Source: Raillietiella orientalis
Taxonomy: Eukaryota
DNA length: 64,000 nt
Assembly: GCA_036172245.1 (NCBI GenBank)
Contig: JAYWIR010000011.1
Location: 124,001 to 188,000 of the forward strand
Direction: 5' to 3'
The translations under genes and the position numbers were made by a program. The notes beneath the pieces are model-generated. The model did no database searches. It was not told where the DNA came from and worked only from the letters and a program-made list of their open reading frames with translations. This document shows, one piece after another, positions 23,701 through 36,831 of this stretch. Positions within the stretch are counted from its first letter, which is position 1. Each line of letters begins with the position of its first letter.

Positions 23701-24807
23701 CGCCGGGATGGACGACCTTGGAGGGCGTCAGGCAAGGCCTCCCGTGGAATATTCGCCACCTCACCCTCCCCCTGACGTTGCTCAGTGGGCAGTGAGCCAC
23801 TTCCAGCCCATCCGTCGGTTCCCCGTCGCCCGTGGCACGCATTTGCAAGCGAAACGCCGGAAGGGCCTGCCCTGACTTTTCCCCGGGGCAGATGAAGCCA
23901 GCCGTGTCCCCCTCTTCGGTGACCCGGGCCACGGGTGGACGCTGACGTGAGTCGGCGGATGGGGGAGGCGCTAGGGGAGGAGCTCCCGCCTCCTTCCACC
24001 CGAGCAGTCCGCGTGCGCCGAGTCTTCCCGGCCAACGCGGTCATCGCCCGTGGCACGCACGGGCGGGTCTGCGCCCACGCCATGCCTACGTTTACATCCC
24101 ACAGGTCCACCTCGAGTCTGTGCCTATGTCCGCGCCCACAATCTCCACCTCCTGTCGACTTGCGCGTCGGCATCTGGGCCCATAGAGGCATCAGGGCCAT
24201 GCCCTTAGCAGCGCGCGCGCGCCGAAACGCTATTGCGAGACTCCTGGCAGGTGGGGCCTTCGGGACGGACGTGCGCTCGATCACCTGGGTTCGCCCGCAG
24301 CCTGGACGAGTCCTCGCTGGTTGCTGGGAGCATCTGAGGTTGTGGGGCTTCCCGCAAAGAAGGACGATCCGTTGCCTGGCAACGGAGGGAGACGCGAGAA
24401 CCTTCCGGGAAGTGGACGGAGGGGAAGTTCGTCTCCTCCCTGCAGAAGGAGGAGTCCGTGCGCGGGCGGCGGCGAGACGGCCTCCTCCGCCTGCGGGGTG
24501 CTGGCGGTGCCCAGAGCCGTCCTCCTGCTTGCAGCATGGGGTTCAGGGAAGATGCTCTCGCGAGCTGCTTCCGGAGAAACGCCTGAGGCGCCCTCCGCCC
24601 CTGAGGTCCAGACGGCGACCGCGATTACGGAAGAGGCAGAATAGGACGCGCCCTCCCACGGTCAAGAAGAGGAGAGCCCCTGAATGCGCTTCTAACGCTT
24701 GCGGTTTGCTCCCTGCTCCTCTTCCCTCGACTCCCTGAGTAGATGGCGGCGCTCTCCTCCCAGGAGGAACAAGCAGGACTCTCAGAGGGAGCTGAAAATT
24801 CTGGTTT

Positions 24808-25000
24808 GCCTCCTCCCCCCTCCCTGCTTTTGTTTCCCTCCTCCCTTCCTCCTGCCTTCTTCCTCCTCTCTTCCTCCCTTCCTTTTCCCCTTTTCCTCTT
24901 CCTTCCCTCCTTCCTCCTCTCTTCCACCACCCCTGCACCTCCTCCATTCTTCTCCCCCCCACCCGCTCTTCTTCCCTTCCTCCTCCTCTCCTCTTCCCCT
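24808..25000 (+). repeat. Pyrimidine-rich (CCT/CTT) low-complexity tract
   Basis: Almost entirely C/T on the + strand. Confidence 0.85.
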
Positions 25001-26416
25001 TTGTGGCAGCCATCGCCACTGAGATCTCCACCCATTCTCCCCCCCCCGCCCTGCGCAGCTCAAAATCCAATCCATGTGTCTCTCCGCAGTTTTTCTCCGA
25101 CACCTGGAAAAGGCAGGCGGTGCCGCGTGCCAAAGTGGCCCCGCGCAGGATCCAGTCGGGAGACTCGCTCGCCGCCCCCTCACTCCGGATGATGGAGGAC
25201 CAAGTTTTCAGGATCAAAGATGGTGCCATGCTCGGTTGCCACGGAGAGGAACGGGAGGGAGTGGCGCCAGGCGCTCCTCTCCAGCCAGCCCTCGCGAGAC
25301 GCGCGCGTTCCGGGAGGAGGGAGCACCCCTTCTTCCTCCCTTCATCTCTCCCGCCGCGGGCTCGCGTAGGCGCACACTGTCGGGGCGCAGCTTCCTTCCT
25401 CTCCTCCCTCCTCCCTCCACTTCCTTTGTCATTGTTTCCGCACCTTCGTGCTTGCTCTGGGCAGGGAAGGAGCGCTCCGAGGAGTTGCCCTTGGTGACGG
25501 CACACCATTGCTTCCATAGCGCGTCATGTTGAGTGGCGCGCGAATGAAGAAGCAAAAAAGTGGCGCCGCAAACGGCACGGGGAGGCCCTGCACCTTTGCG
25601 AGCGGAGGCGCCGCCGTCCCCATGGCGAGGGACCCACAAGGGCCGGAGAGAATCCTTCCTCGGTTTCTGCGGCGCGTAGCTCCTGGGGGATGCGCAGCGG
25701 CTCGTGGGCAGCAAAACTCGTGCCTCCACAGTGAGCAAGGAGGACGCCGTTAGCTCGTCCTTCCCCCCTTCTTCCCCTACTCATCCCTCTACCCGCCGCC
25801 GGCAGGGAACAGGAACGATCGGGAGCTCCGGGGGCTCTGCGTCTCACAAGCCGAGTTTCTCGCGTGCCGAACTCCTACGGCGCAGCGTCCCCGTCCCGCC
25901 GGCCGGCCCTTCCAGCTGGCAAGGCATTCGGAAGGGAAGTCCGACTCCGGTTGTGTTGGAAACGTCTGGTTGACCCTTCTCCCCAGAGCTTCCCCGGCTG
26001 CCCTTCAGGTCACGCTCTTCCGAGCAGAGCAGGACCCACGTTTCCTCCCTCCTGCCCGCTCCGGGTTCCTTCCCGGAGCCCGTGGGAACGGCAGCAATCT
26101 CTTCCTCCCGAATGCCTCCCCTGCGTGGGGAGTCTTCGTTCCAGAGGGCGCGCCTCCCTGGCAAGGTAGCCCCGTCGCAGAGACTCTCCCCCGGCCACCA
26201 GGGCAAGGCAGCCCCCGTTCGCGAACCTCGCGCGCTTTGGTGAGCGGGCATCGGGGTCAGCGGCAGTGCATACGCGGTGGGGGGCTCCCCATCTCGTAAT
26301 CTGCGGCGCCGGCAGGATTTTAAGGATCGAGGGTGAGGGTGAGGATGGGGTGGGGGGTTCTGAGAGCTGGAGTTTTGAGAACGGGAAAAGGCGGAGGAAG
26401 AAGAAGGGACAGGAGT

Positions 26417-27030
26417 GCCCACGTTGGCGGGCCGCGTGGATACTGTCTCCAATAGTCGCGGATTCGAATTCCGCTCGGGGCGGACAAGCAGCGACGCCAA
26501 GAACGGAAGGGTGTGTCGTGTGCGTTTCGAGTCCTCCCGCGAGATGACTCTGGTTGGCCTCCATTCGGGTGCGGCAGTGCTGGTGGAATCCGCACGCCCC
26601 CGTCCACTGGCCGGGATCGGAAGTTGACCTTACGGGCTCCACCAAGGAATACAGGAGCCGATTCCCTTCGCGGTTCCCCTCCCCCTCCCGGGAAGGGGGT
26701 TGCCTCTTTGGGATGTAAGGAACTCCCTGCTCCCTTAGGGCAGCGCCCTTCAGAGGAAGAATCCGGGAGCGGTTCCCATGCGGATTCCCTCCGAAGAAAT
26801 TCGAGGTGCGGATCCTTTCCGGGTTCCCTTCGGAGAAGAAACGAGGAGCGACCTCTCCGGGGACCCTCCAGAGAGGATAAGGAAGAGGTTCCCTTCGGAT
26901 TTCCCTTCCCAAGCGTGAGAGGAAGGGACTCCTTTCCGTAGAGCCGTTTCTGGATTCACAGGGTGGCACCCCTGACTTGAAGAGTGAACACGCACCCTCG
27001 GGTGGCGTGGACAGTGTTACAAAGCTCCGT
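26417..27030 (+). repeat. About 600-bp interspersed repeat, copy 1; candidate tRNA-derived SINE
   Basis: Colinear similarity with 33926-34532 (for example TTTCGAGT.C.CCCGCGAGATGAC.CTGGTTG, CTCCGGGGAC, TGAAGAGT...CGCACC.TCGGGTG). The head has a T-arm-like GCGGA-TTCGAAT-TCCGC. Confidence 0.65.
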
Positions 27031-28792
27031 GATCCCCCCCCCCCCCATCAGTAGGCGAACGAACGGTCCTTCAGCACCGTTGCGAACCGGGAAAGAGAAA
27101 AAAAGACTGGAAGGAAAGCAGCGGGGAAAGAAGAAGAAAAGGCATCCAGCGATCTGTTGAACTGGATCTGGTTTCACAGCTTCCGGTTTCGTGAATCGAG
27201 TCATTCGATCCGGTGCTGCTATTCGGAGGAGAGCAGCAACGGTTTGGTGGCAACCTTGTTTTTCGTTTGCAGCGTGGCGGCAATGGGAAGCCCTGTCGGT
27301 GCGTGACGCAACAATGGGGGCGCATTCGTTGGTCGATCGCCGCTCCCCGCGTGTCGCCGCTCACGGACGCGCCAGCGCGCCGTTGCCCGGGTGACGCAAG
27401 TCCCGCGCGGAAGCTGAGAACTTCCGGCCAGCCCGTTTACCGAAAGAGTTGCCAGCTTCTCCGGATAATTAATTCTTTCTTCTCGGTGTCGCCTCTCCGT
27501 TAACGCGCTTGCTTGCAAGGATCGCGAAATGGAATGCGGCGTACTTCGCTCGGAAATCATTAGGGTGCAGTGACTGTGAAATCAGATCTTTTATTTCTCA
27601 GTTACGGCAGCAGAGGTGTACATGGAAAAATGCGGGTTTTTTTTTTTCTTCTTTCCTTCTTTCAGAGTATGCTTTTAGCTCTGTAGGATGACGTGTGGGT
27701 CTTCAGTAAGGTTTTGCCTCAAGTGGAGAATGAGCTTTTTTCTTTTTAGATTCTTCTGTTGGAATATTAAGCTGGAATATTTATATTTTATGAATGAGTT
27801 TTGCAGCTATCTTTTCTTGTAATTGTTTGAAATTGTATGCACTGCTTAGGGAATAACAGGACCCAACTTGGCTGACAGAGAGAAGAAATTTCCCCTCCTC
27901 AGAAAGATTTTTTTTCTATTAAAATACTAATCATCGCTTATGGGATGGCAGGATGCCATGTTTTCGCTGGAAAGGGTGCCGAACAGCATGCGAATGCATT
28001 TGTCTTTGCAACAGCTTCCATCCGCAAAGGACGTAACCCATTAGTCTCCAGTGGATGCTGCTTTTCGTGATAATGACTTCTCTGATAATGTTTTAATGAT
28101 TGGACCCTCGTGTGGATGATATCGATTCTATTACTACAGCATTTTAAAGTACATGAAAGTGTATACAAGCGCTTCCATGGATAGCGCGGCTCCCGTGTTG
28201 ACGCGGGCAAATGGGTTTCCTAGAGAAAATGCTTGGATGTCAGCGGCTGCAAAACATAAAGCGAGGGGGAGCTGAGTGACGGAAAGATGCGGTCCGTGTG
28301 AACCATAAGTTGGAGCAGTTTTTCTGTCCTCCTTTAAAATATGAGAGTCGAAGAGATCGTTAAAGGAGGGGAATTCATGATTTTCTGAGGCAGTGGCTCA
28401 ATCTCGCGAAGCGCAATCAGGAGATGAAAAATGCGACTCGAGCAGGGAGTGAAGCAGAGGAATGACTTGATCGAAAGAGAGGGGCGAGCTGCTCTCGAAT
28501 GGGAGCCCTAGGACGAGAGGAACGAAAGCAGCCGAAGGATTCGTTTCTATCGGGGAGAAGACGAGGCAGAGCACCGTCTGCCGAGTCGACGGCTCGTTGA
28601 CGGATCTTGCGGGAGGAAGTGTTTCGCAATTTTATTTTTATTTTTTTTTTTCCAGGGTGTTGCGGAATGCAGCAAGCAAGATGAACTTCACGGAAAGGAA
28701 ACTTTTTTTTTCCTGTGCCGCGCGGATCGGACAAGCGTCATCTCCTTTTCGGAAATTTCACGATCCTTCCTTCTTCCTTGTTGGATTCTCTC

Positions 28793-29792
28793 GCGTCGCC
28801 TGCATCCTGGAAACCTCCTCGTTGGTTCCAGTGGCTGGAAGATCTCCCCCAGGGTGCTCGCCAGTCTTCCCGTACGCGAAGCTGGGATGAGGTGAGCATC
28901 AGAGAAAACAAGACAGCGTGCTCCTTGTTCTCTGCTTCAGGGGGTGTTGCCGACGCAGAACCGAAAGGCCTTCTTCGTGAAATCCGCTTCCTTAGCTTCG
29001 TCGGCCTCTTCCTGGTGCAAGTGGACGTTTGCGTCAACTCCGCAGTTTGTCTGCTACTGACCGTCGTTGTTCTCTGGGCTTTTTTGTTGAGGTGTCTGCA
29101 ACCCTATCCCCGAAATCGTCGCGAACGCATTCCAGAAGAAATTTCACGGTCTCGTAGTGTATTCGTTGCATTGTACATGAATTCTGCAAAAGAAAAAAAA
29201 AAAAAAAAACGAGAGAGCGGGAGAGAGAGAGAAACGATCCTTTCTGGAACCCTGAATCTGACCTCACAAAACACGACAACAGCATTGCCTTAAGAACCAA
29301 CCTCTACGGATGGTGCTGCATGAGAACACCGGAAATGGTTGTTTCCTATGGCGGAGCAGCCACGTCAGTTACTGCCGGAGATGGGGGTTTCAGTTGGTGT
29401 CCCTGCGACCCAGACGGTGGAAAACGGAAAAGAGCGACACAGCGGCCAGCAGTGGAACGGTGAAACTCAGCGGATCGGCGGACGCAAATCGATGTGGAAT
29501 CAATTATGGTCCACTGTGAAAAGAAAAAGAAAAAGAAAAAAAAACCCACGGATTCTGGCCTTGTGAAACATCTCGCTGTTGAAAGCCTCTGGAAACGGGC
29601 GATGATGCGGAGGTTTGAAGTCTTCCTGCCATCCCCCCTGAAGCAGAGAACAGGGGGCACGCTGTCTTGTTTTCTCTGATGCTCACCTCATCCCAGCTTC
29701 GCGTACGGGAAGCCTGGCGAGTACCCTGGGGGAGATCGAGCGAATTCCAGTCACTCGAACCAACGATCAGGTTTCCAGGATGCAGGCGATGC
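28793..29792. repeat. Inverted repeat pair (28793-28944 and 29634-29792) around a ~690-bp spacer
   Basis: The arms share the near-identical block CCCGTACGCGAAGCTGGGATGAGGTGAGCATCAGAGAAAACAAGACAGCGTG and GCCTGCATCCTGGAAACC in opposite orientation. Confidence 0.9.
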
Positions 29793-32700
29793 AGGAAAGG
29801 AGGGGGGAAAAGGATGTCTTACTGAAGAGGGCAAACCTCGTGACAGCCGCGGGTGTGAGCGAACTCGGCTGGTGACCTGCAACGAAGACGCCAGAAGAGA
29901 CGCACCTGCTTTTGCTTATGAATGCCTCCTCGGCCAGGAACGGCCTGGTAGCTGGGCAGTTTTTCGCGCGAAGCTGCAGAGGATGAGAATCAAAGGAAGC
30001 TCATCCTCCTCCTCGTATGGAGCGACGGCATGTGGGAAAACAAAGCGGCGAATGTCGAAGTGGAGAGAGAAAATCACCGTTAGCACTGCGGTCCTTACTG
30101 CCGTGAATGCGCCTATCTTTCATCAGTAGTATTTGAGCAACCAATAAGAGTAAACAGAGCAACTAGCAGTTTCCTTGCTGGCCTCATCCATTCACAAAGG
30201 AAAAGGTGCGGCAGGCCTCCGCATAACGCGGGGATTCCGCGTTATACGAGCCCCACGAGTCAAGGGAAATAGGAATCGTATTCATAAAAGATATGAAATG
30301 TATGCTAAACGTCGTCTTCATTATTCCACTTTAAAAAAAAAAAAAGGAAGAAATTGAGCGTTTATTTCTTGTTTAACTTAAAGTACAAAAAAAGCTTCGT
30401 CAGTTTTGTTGATATATAATCGGCTCGAGCAACTTTGCATTCATTCTCGTTGTCCTTAAACTCCTTGAACCACGCGTTCGTGTCCTTATGGAAGACAGCT
30501 GAAGCGACACTCCCCGAATGGGAATTCGTCCACAGAGTCGCACGGAGCCGATCCAGCGCGCCACACGAGGACTGTCGCCACTTCTTTCGGCCGCGCCATA
30601 CGGGGCGATCTGCTGCAGACACGCATATATGTTTTCCGAGAAATGGCCGACACGTGCGACGGAGGCAGGAAAACACGAGAGCTGCGGTAGCATCAACCGG
30701 AAGCGGGAGGAACCCTTCCGAAAGTGGGAAAGAGAGCCGCGTGTCCGTTCCTCTCGGGCGCATTCGGGCGCGCCTTGAGGACGCGACCGCCACCGGGCAA
30801 TCTGCCTGTCCTCTCGCCAGCATCACACAACCTTTGCGCTTTCATCTTCCCAAATGCTAAGAAGCTGCTGCGCGCTTGCCGCGCTGATTTCTTGCTGCTG
30901 CCGTCGCCGAACCGAAGACCATTTTCCCCACCTGTTGGTGCCGCTGTTGCACCGACCCGTATTTTCCTGCCGGCGCCACTTTGCCGGTACGGAGCCTCGC
31001 CCGTCCGCTTGCCGGCAAACTGGCGAGTCGGCTGTCTGCTTCTTCTCCCTCCCTCAAGACCAGGTCGCGCCAAGAGGTATTATCCCGCAAGAACGCAAAT
31101 TCGTTTTCGCAGGAAGCGCCCCGGCGAGGGCGGGTGAAGGACCGATGCAGCGGGCGCGTTGCGCCATCGCCGGAACCGGGGACCTCTCCAGTCGTTCCAA
31201 AAGGCAGGAATCGCCGCTCGCGGGGCGGGGGCGGGGCAAGGAATCACCGCCAACGGTGCGCGGAGCGGATGCGGAATCGCCGCTTCCTCTTCTTGCCCGT
31301 GCCTGTGCAGCCTGGAAAATTAAAATGCGGTCAGGAAGAGGGGAGGACCGCCACCAAACGCGCTGTTCGCATTACGCCTGAAATTCGAGTTCTCCGAAAA
31401 TCGGGAGCGGAATGTTTATGGTGATAACGCCGCGTTCCTCCTTTGGCGCGTTCGGAGGCTGCCGCAAGATTGCCAGCACGATTGCATGGTTTGCTGATGG
31501 TGGTCTCTCTCTCTCTCTCTCTCTTCCTCCGCCATCTCCATCTTTGTTTTCTCCTTCCTCCCTTTTTCGTTTCGCCTTTTAGCGTTCACTACCGGCGTGG
31601 TGGAAACCGACGAGGCTCGCAGCGACACTCGCGGCCGCACCTTGAAACTTCGCTGTGACCTTTCGTAACGCAGCGATCGTTCCTCGTCCTCACAAGGAGG
31701 ATCATCCGGCCGTTTCGTGATCGCCCCGGTTTGTCTCTCACCCAGCACTTTACGGATCGTCATGCCAACGAGCTGACGACCTGCCGAGTCGACAGGACCC
31801 AAAAAAGTGCACGTGAGGTCGTGGCTCGCGCCCGAGTTTCTCCGGCTTTCTCGTAGTTCCGGTGCGGCGCGGTTGCCCGTGGCTTTCCTGGATGCTTGAG
31901 GCGACACACTGGGGACACGACATCCCGTGGTTTGCAGGAAGAGCCAGCTTCCTTATCCAGAAAGCGTTTCAGGACGTTCGGCAGGAACGGAGGGGTGGGG
32001 AAAATTTTCAGACGGATCTCTCCGCTTTCGATCTCGTCCGGCTCGCTCTGCGAAGCCCGGCAACCGACTGCTCCTGACCACGTGATGTGCGCTGCCTTTA
32101 TCTTTCCATCAAGTCCCGCGTTCGATCCCTCTCCGCATCTCTATTTCCTTCGGATGGGCTTCCGTCCTCTGCCACTCCACCTGCTAAACCTGGAGAATGG
32201 AAGGACAAGTGCTGAATTGGTCAAACGGCAGCCACGACCAGCGCTTCCCCTTGTTCGCTTGGTCAGCATCCGGTGCTCTCTCACCTCTCACCGCAGGGCC
32301 TTTCTACCGCAAAATTCTCCCCCCCCCCCTTCTCTCTCCCTCCCCCTCCTTTTCCTCCCATTTGAAACGATGAAGTCGCGGCGGAGCGTCGGCAGCAGCG
32401 GAGTTGCGCCGGAGCCAGAAAGCGCCACGTGTCGGCCAAGTGCTCTTCCGCCTTCGCCCCTGCCTCCCGGATCCCGGAGGCTCTCGCTCGCACGGTGTTC
32501 CACCCCCCACTCCCTTGCCGGCTGGAAACCATGGAAGCCGGGGCGGTGCGTGGTGGATCAGGTGACGGGGGGTCGCAGCGCGGTGCCGCTGCGACCGTGG
32601 TGGCACGCAGATACTGACCGGATCGCTGGACTGCAGTCGCAGCGGTGGCATCTCGTTGAGAGGTCATCGCCAGACTTGGGGTGACTATATGTCTGGGTGG

Positions 32701-33925
32701 TGTCCAACAGATAGCACGGCCACGCCGGCGACCACGAGGCGCCTCATGTTCCTCAGATGTCGTCACAGGAGACCGGGATGTCAGAGCGCCGCGTCGCCTG
32801 CCGTGGATCCCACGCTCCGAAAGATCCAACGCGGAAAGCGCGAACTTTGACCTATTGATCCCTCCTGCAGAGATTGCTTGGTTGGTTGACGGTACTAGCA
32901 CATTCATCCCTTCCCCCCCAATCCTCCTCCTCCCCGTGTCGAACGGTTCTCTGCTATTTTCAAGCGAACGTGTGCGAAATCTGGAGTCCCGGCCCTTTTT
33001 TAGCCCTCCTACAGCACAAGGCCGGGGCGTAGGGCGGAACCCACGCCAGGAATTCTTTGCCCCCCGTGACCGCCCTCCCCGCTTTTTGCAGTGCTTTTCC
33101 CTCAACGGCATCGTGCGGCCTCTCTGCGCGCGAGCGGGGAGGGGGGGCAGGAGACTCCATGTGTGGTGAGGTCGAGGTCTCTGCTCGGATCGGACCAGCG
33201 ACGGCAGGGTCGGTCTGCTTCCCTCCTTCCTGCTGCGCCTCCAGCGGGAAGGAGGTGCAGCCTGGCTGCCTGCACGGATCCGTGGTGTTCGCACCTCGGC
33301 GAAGCGGACCACCTGACCGTGAACAAGCGCCTGGACGAAGGTGCAGCCACAGGCGCCCCTCCCCATCCCATCTGGACCTGGATGCTTAGCGGCAATGAGT
33401 TACCATGTGGACACCACGTGTGGGATCGCAATCAAAGTGTAGCACGCGAACCTGCGTGTCGCGAAGGCCCCGAGAGCGATTTCGCTGAGGCAAACCATCG
33501 GGGTCACCTCGAGTAAGCCTGCGGGTCACGATGCCTGCCTTCCCTTCGTCCCAGCCATGCTCAACAGGTGGTCAGAGGAAGAGGCGCCTTCATGAAGAAA
33601 ATCCCCCTCTCTCCCGTGGGAAGCGCCTCCCCACATTCCGGCACGCGGAATGGGGGAACGCGTGGGGATGCGGGCGTCTCCTGGCCCTCTGGAGCTCCTG
33701 CCGAGGAGTCACGCTGGTCCCCCTGCCTGCAGCCTTCCTCTCCCCCCCCCCCCCCCAGCGATCTCCAGTGCTCCCGGAGATCGATGGAGGCCTCCCGTTC
33801 GACAGGCGGCTTCCTCTCTGCTCGTCTTCCCGGGGGAGGCCGGGAACTTCCCCGGCGAGTCGGTCGCTTGGGCGGCGGGCCATCGGCTCCTGAGACCTTT
33901 CTGCTACCATCCCGAGAGTCCTCAC

Positions 33926-34532
33926 GCCCGTAGCCACGCCACCGAGTCGGCGGCCGTGCGGACTCCTTGCGCAACAGCCGGGTGTAGCGTGTTCGAATCC
34001 CGCCCGGGCAGAAAAAGCGACGGCGAGAACGGGGCGGTGCGTCATGTTGGTTTCGAGTTCCCCCGCGAGATGACACTGGTTGATTTGCAGGCTCCGGGTG
34101 CTGGTGGAATCCGGAGAATCTGGATGCCCCCTTGACTGGCCGGGATTTGGGAGTTGACCCCATACGTGGTCCTTCCAGGACATTGAGGAGCCCTTTCCGG
34201 CTGAGAAGATGGCTCCATTCCTCCCTTCGGGGGGGATCCTCCCTCGAGTACCACGGAGCTGGTTGATGCCCCCTTCGGGGTTCGCTTCTCCAGAGTTCAA
34301 GAAGCGCGTTGATCCCGTCGGGATTCTCTTCAGGGGAGGAAACCAGGAGTGCATCCTTCCCGGGAGGTTAATCCGGAGAAGAAAGGAAGAGCAGACACCC
34401 TCCGGGGACTCCTCCGGAGAGAACAAGGACGAGGGTTCCTTCCGGATGCTTCCTGGATGCGTAGGGTGGTCCCTTTGACCTGAAGAGTCTACCCGCACCA
34501 TCGGGTGACGTGAGCAACCGTCAAGGAGCTTC
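33926..34532 (+). repeat. About 600-bp interspersed repeat, copy 2; candidate tRNA-derived SINE
   Basis: Homologous to 26417-27030. The head reads GCCCG-TAGCC...GAGTCGG...GTTCGAATCCCGC-CCGGGCA. Confidence 0.65.
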
Positions 34533-36233
34533 TCGAGACCCTCGCATGAGGGGTAGACGGGTTCCTCCAGCACTGCCTGAGAACCAGAAAAGGAAAAGAA
34601 AGGATGGAGTGCTCGGGGTCCTCTTCGCGCCTCTCTCCTCCCCTTCCGCCATGACAACGGCGTCTTATCGCTGCTCTTCCGGGTATCCGGACTCCTCCCT
34701 CGCCTGGTTCGCGGAAGATGCGCGGTCAGCTCCGCCCATCTGGACGCACTCTGCCCGTCTCCTCGCCGACGGTTTCGTTGATCCCGGCAGCCAACAAGAA
34801 GGAAGGAGAGAAGAGGGGAGGAGAAAAGGCGCGAGCAGTGCTGCTGCCGCTACGAGCGGATGACCCCCCCTTTCGCCAGCAGCACGCTCCGTTCGGCCCA
34901 TCCATCGCGTCGCGGACTGCTGCCGCTGCTGCGGTCGAGTGACAACCGGCGCGGCGGCCACGGCCGTCGATCGGCGCGTCTCTCTTCCCCACCCCACTCA
35001 CCTGGGACTCCTTCCACGAGTCTCCCTGACTGTTTCAGGGTTGGCACCGACGCAGACCCCGCGACGCTGCCGACCGAGGAGCGCACCAGGATGGCCGCTT
35101 CGTTCCCGGAAGGGCGGTGGCGTCGAGCGCTGCATATTCCAGGGCACCCTGAAGCAGCGGCGGCAGCAGCAGAAAGACCCGCCGGGTGCGGCTTCCGCCG
35201 AGAGCATGGGCACGCCGGGGCGTGGGCGCGCGAGAGAACCGGAGGTCATCGCCAGACCTGTACCCTATGGCGGCGCGGCAAGACGAGCCGAGGAGGCTCG
35301 CTTCGGCCGCTCGTCGCTGCCGTTTCGCGCAGGAGCGCAGCGCGACCGTCGCGAAAGTGGGGGGTCGTGGAAGTGGGGTCGTGGATCGCCGCGCCACGCG
35401 TTCCATGTGAAGAGCCGGGACTCGTGCAGAGGGTCGACAGGAGCTGCGGCCCGAAACCAGAGGGGAGTCCTCCCCCCGCGCACGGGAAGGGGCCAGGGAG
35501 GGGCGTGAGGAGGACGGACTAGTTTCGCGCGGCACGCAGAGCGATTCCCGAGGGCTTGCTGCGGACAGGGGAGGACGGAAAGGGGAAGGAGCGTCCCATC
35601 CTTCTCCCGGCGCATTTCGTGTCTCGTGCTGGACCGTTTCGCCGCCCCTCTCGCTCGCAGAGGTTGGAGATTGCACGGGCGACTCTCCAGGATGGCAGCC
35701 ACGCCTTCCCTCCATTTGGGCGATCCTGGAAGGACCACCTGCCCAGAGGCAACTCGTGCCCACCCTGGACAGGCGGAGGATTCCCTCGGACAGGGCGGTG
35801 GCGGACATCAGACGCGGCGCCTCCCCTCGTTTGAGCCGCTGCCGCCCGTGCGCGGCGGACTCTGAGGCAGCCGCGAGCGGCTCCCTGCATCCCCCCTTCG
35901 CTCCTTCCTTTTTCCCGTTCCTCCAGGCGCCAGGAAAAAGGGGGAGACGGGTGTTGCTCCCCGCGTGGGAGCGACCTCTCGCACGATGGAAGGGGGGAGG
36001 GAGGGGAGAAGTCGTCCCCGCTGCGTGGACGCGGACATCGGCGGAAGTCTTGGGCGCTGCGCCAGCGGACCGGAAGCGAAGAGCGGGAAGTTGGGTGGGT
36101 TCGCCTCCGGGCATGGACTTGGCGTGGAACTCGAGAGACCCGCAGTGTTTCTTGCAAATCAATACGGAAAACGTACAAAGGGAAAACCAAAAGAATTACA
36201 GAGTAGGGCGCCACCCCGGAGCCACCAGGTGAG

Positions 36234-36830
36234 GCCGTTTCTCCCTCCTTCCCGGGAAGGACGGCGTTTATTACATAGAATAATAATAAATTTACATTTT
36301 TTGTGGTAGAACACGTGGTTCTACCACCTACTAAAAAGAAAGCACACTGAGCCCCTGCCCATTTGCACAGACCAGCGACGTCCGCTTCGGCAGCGGAGGG
36401 GACAGAAAAATCAAAAAAGGGCGAAGTTTTCCTGGGAAGGAAGGAAGGGGGGGGGAGGAAGGACGCACTGTTCGCTGGGAGACGTCCTCTATCCTGTCCA
36501 GGATGCCGACAGGCTGTATTCCGATGTTGCCCAGGTGGGGCCATCCTGAGGCGGTCTTTGGGAAGATCCGCTCCAGGTGAATAGCGTCCCTGTCATTTCG
36601 GTCTCTTCTTCCCGTGTTCCAGGCTGGGCACGATTCCAGCAGGGAACTGCTAGGGACGCGGCTGGCGGCAGTGCATCGAGCATGAAGAGGCATCTGAAAA
36701 TGTCCTTGGGACCGATCACCGGGATTCCTAGGGTCGTCGAAAGGCGATCCCAAAATGGTCGAAGGGCGGTACAGCCTAGCAGAATGTGTGGGAGGATCTC
36801 CTGCTTGCAAATCTGCCGCATTTGGCATCC
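36234..36830 (-). mobile_element. Tx1/L1-like non-LTR retrotransposon, 5'-truncated copy A (zinc finger plus 3' UTR)
   Basis: Reads QICKQEILPHILLGCTALRPFWDRL...LDALPPAASLAV, followed by a 3' UTR hairpin at 36303-36327 and AATAAA at 36272-36267. Confidence 0.8.
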
Positions 36831-36831
36831 A

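Noticed and set aside
23935..24450. Possible Tx1 AP-endonuclease remnant (AIARLL...PGRVL)
   Set aside because: No catalytic motifs (QET, GDFN, SDH) were found; the resemblance is too weak.
28805..28835. HDV-like ribozyme loop (CC-TCCTCGT-TGG)
   Set aside because: The P1/P2 pseudoknot cannot be built, and the motif is not kept in the other repeat arm.
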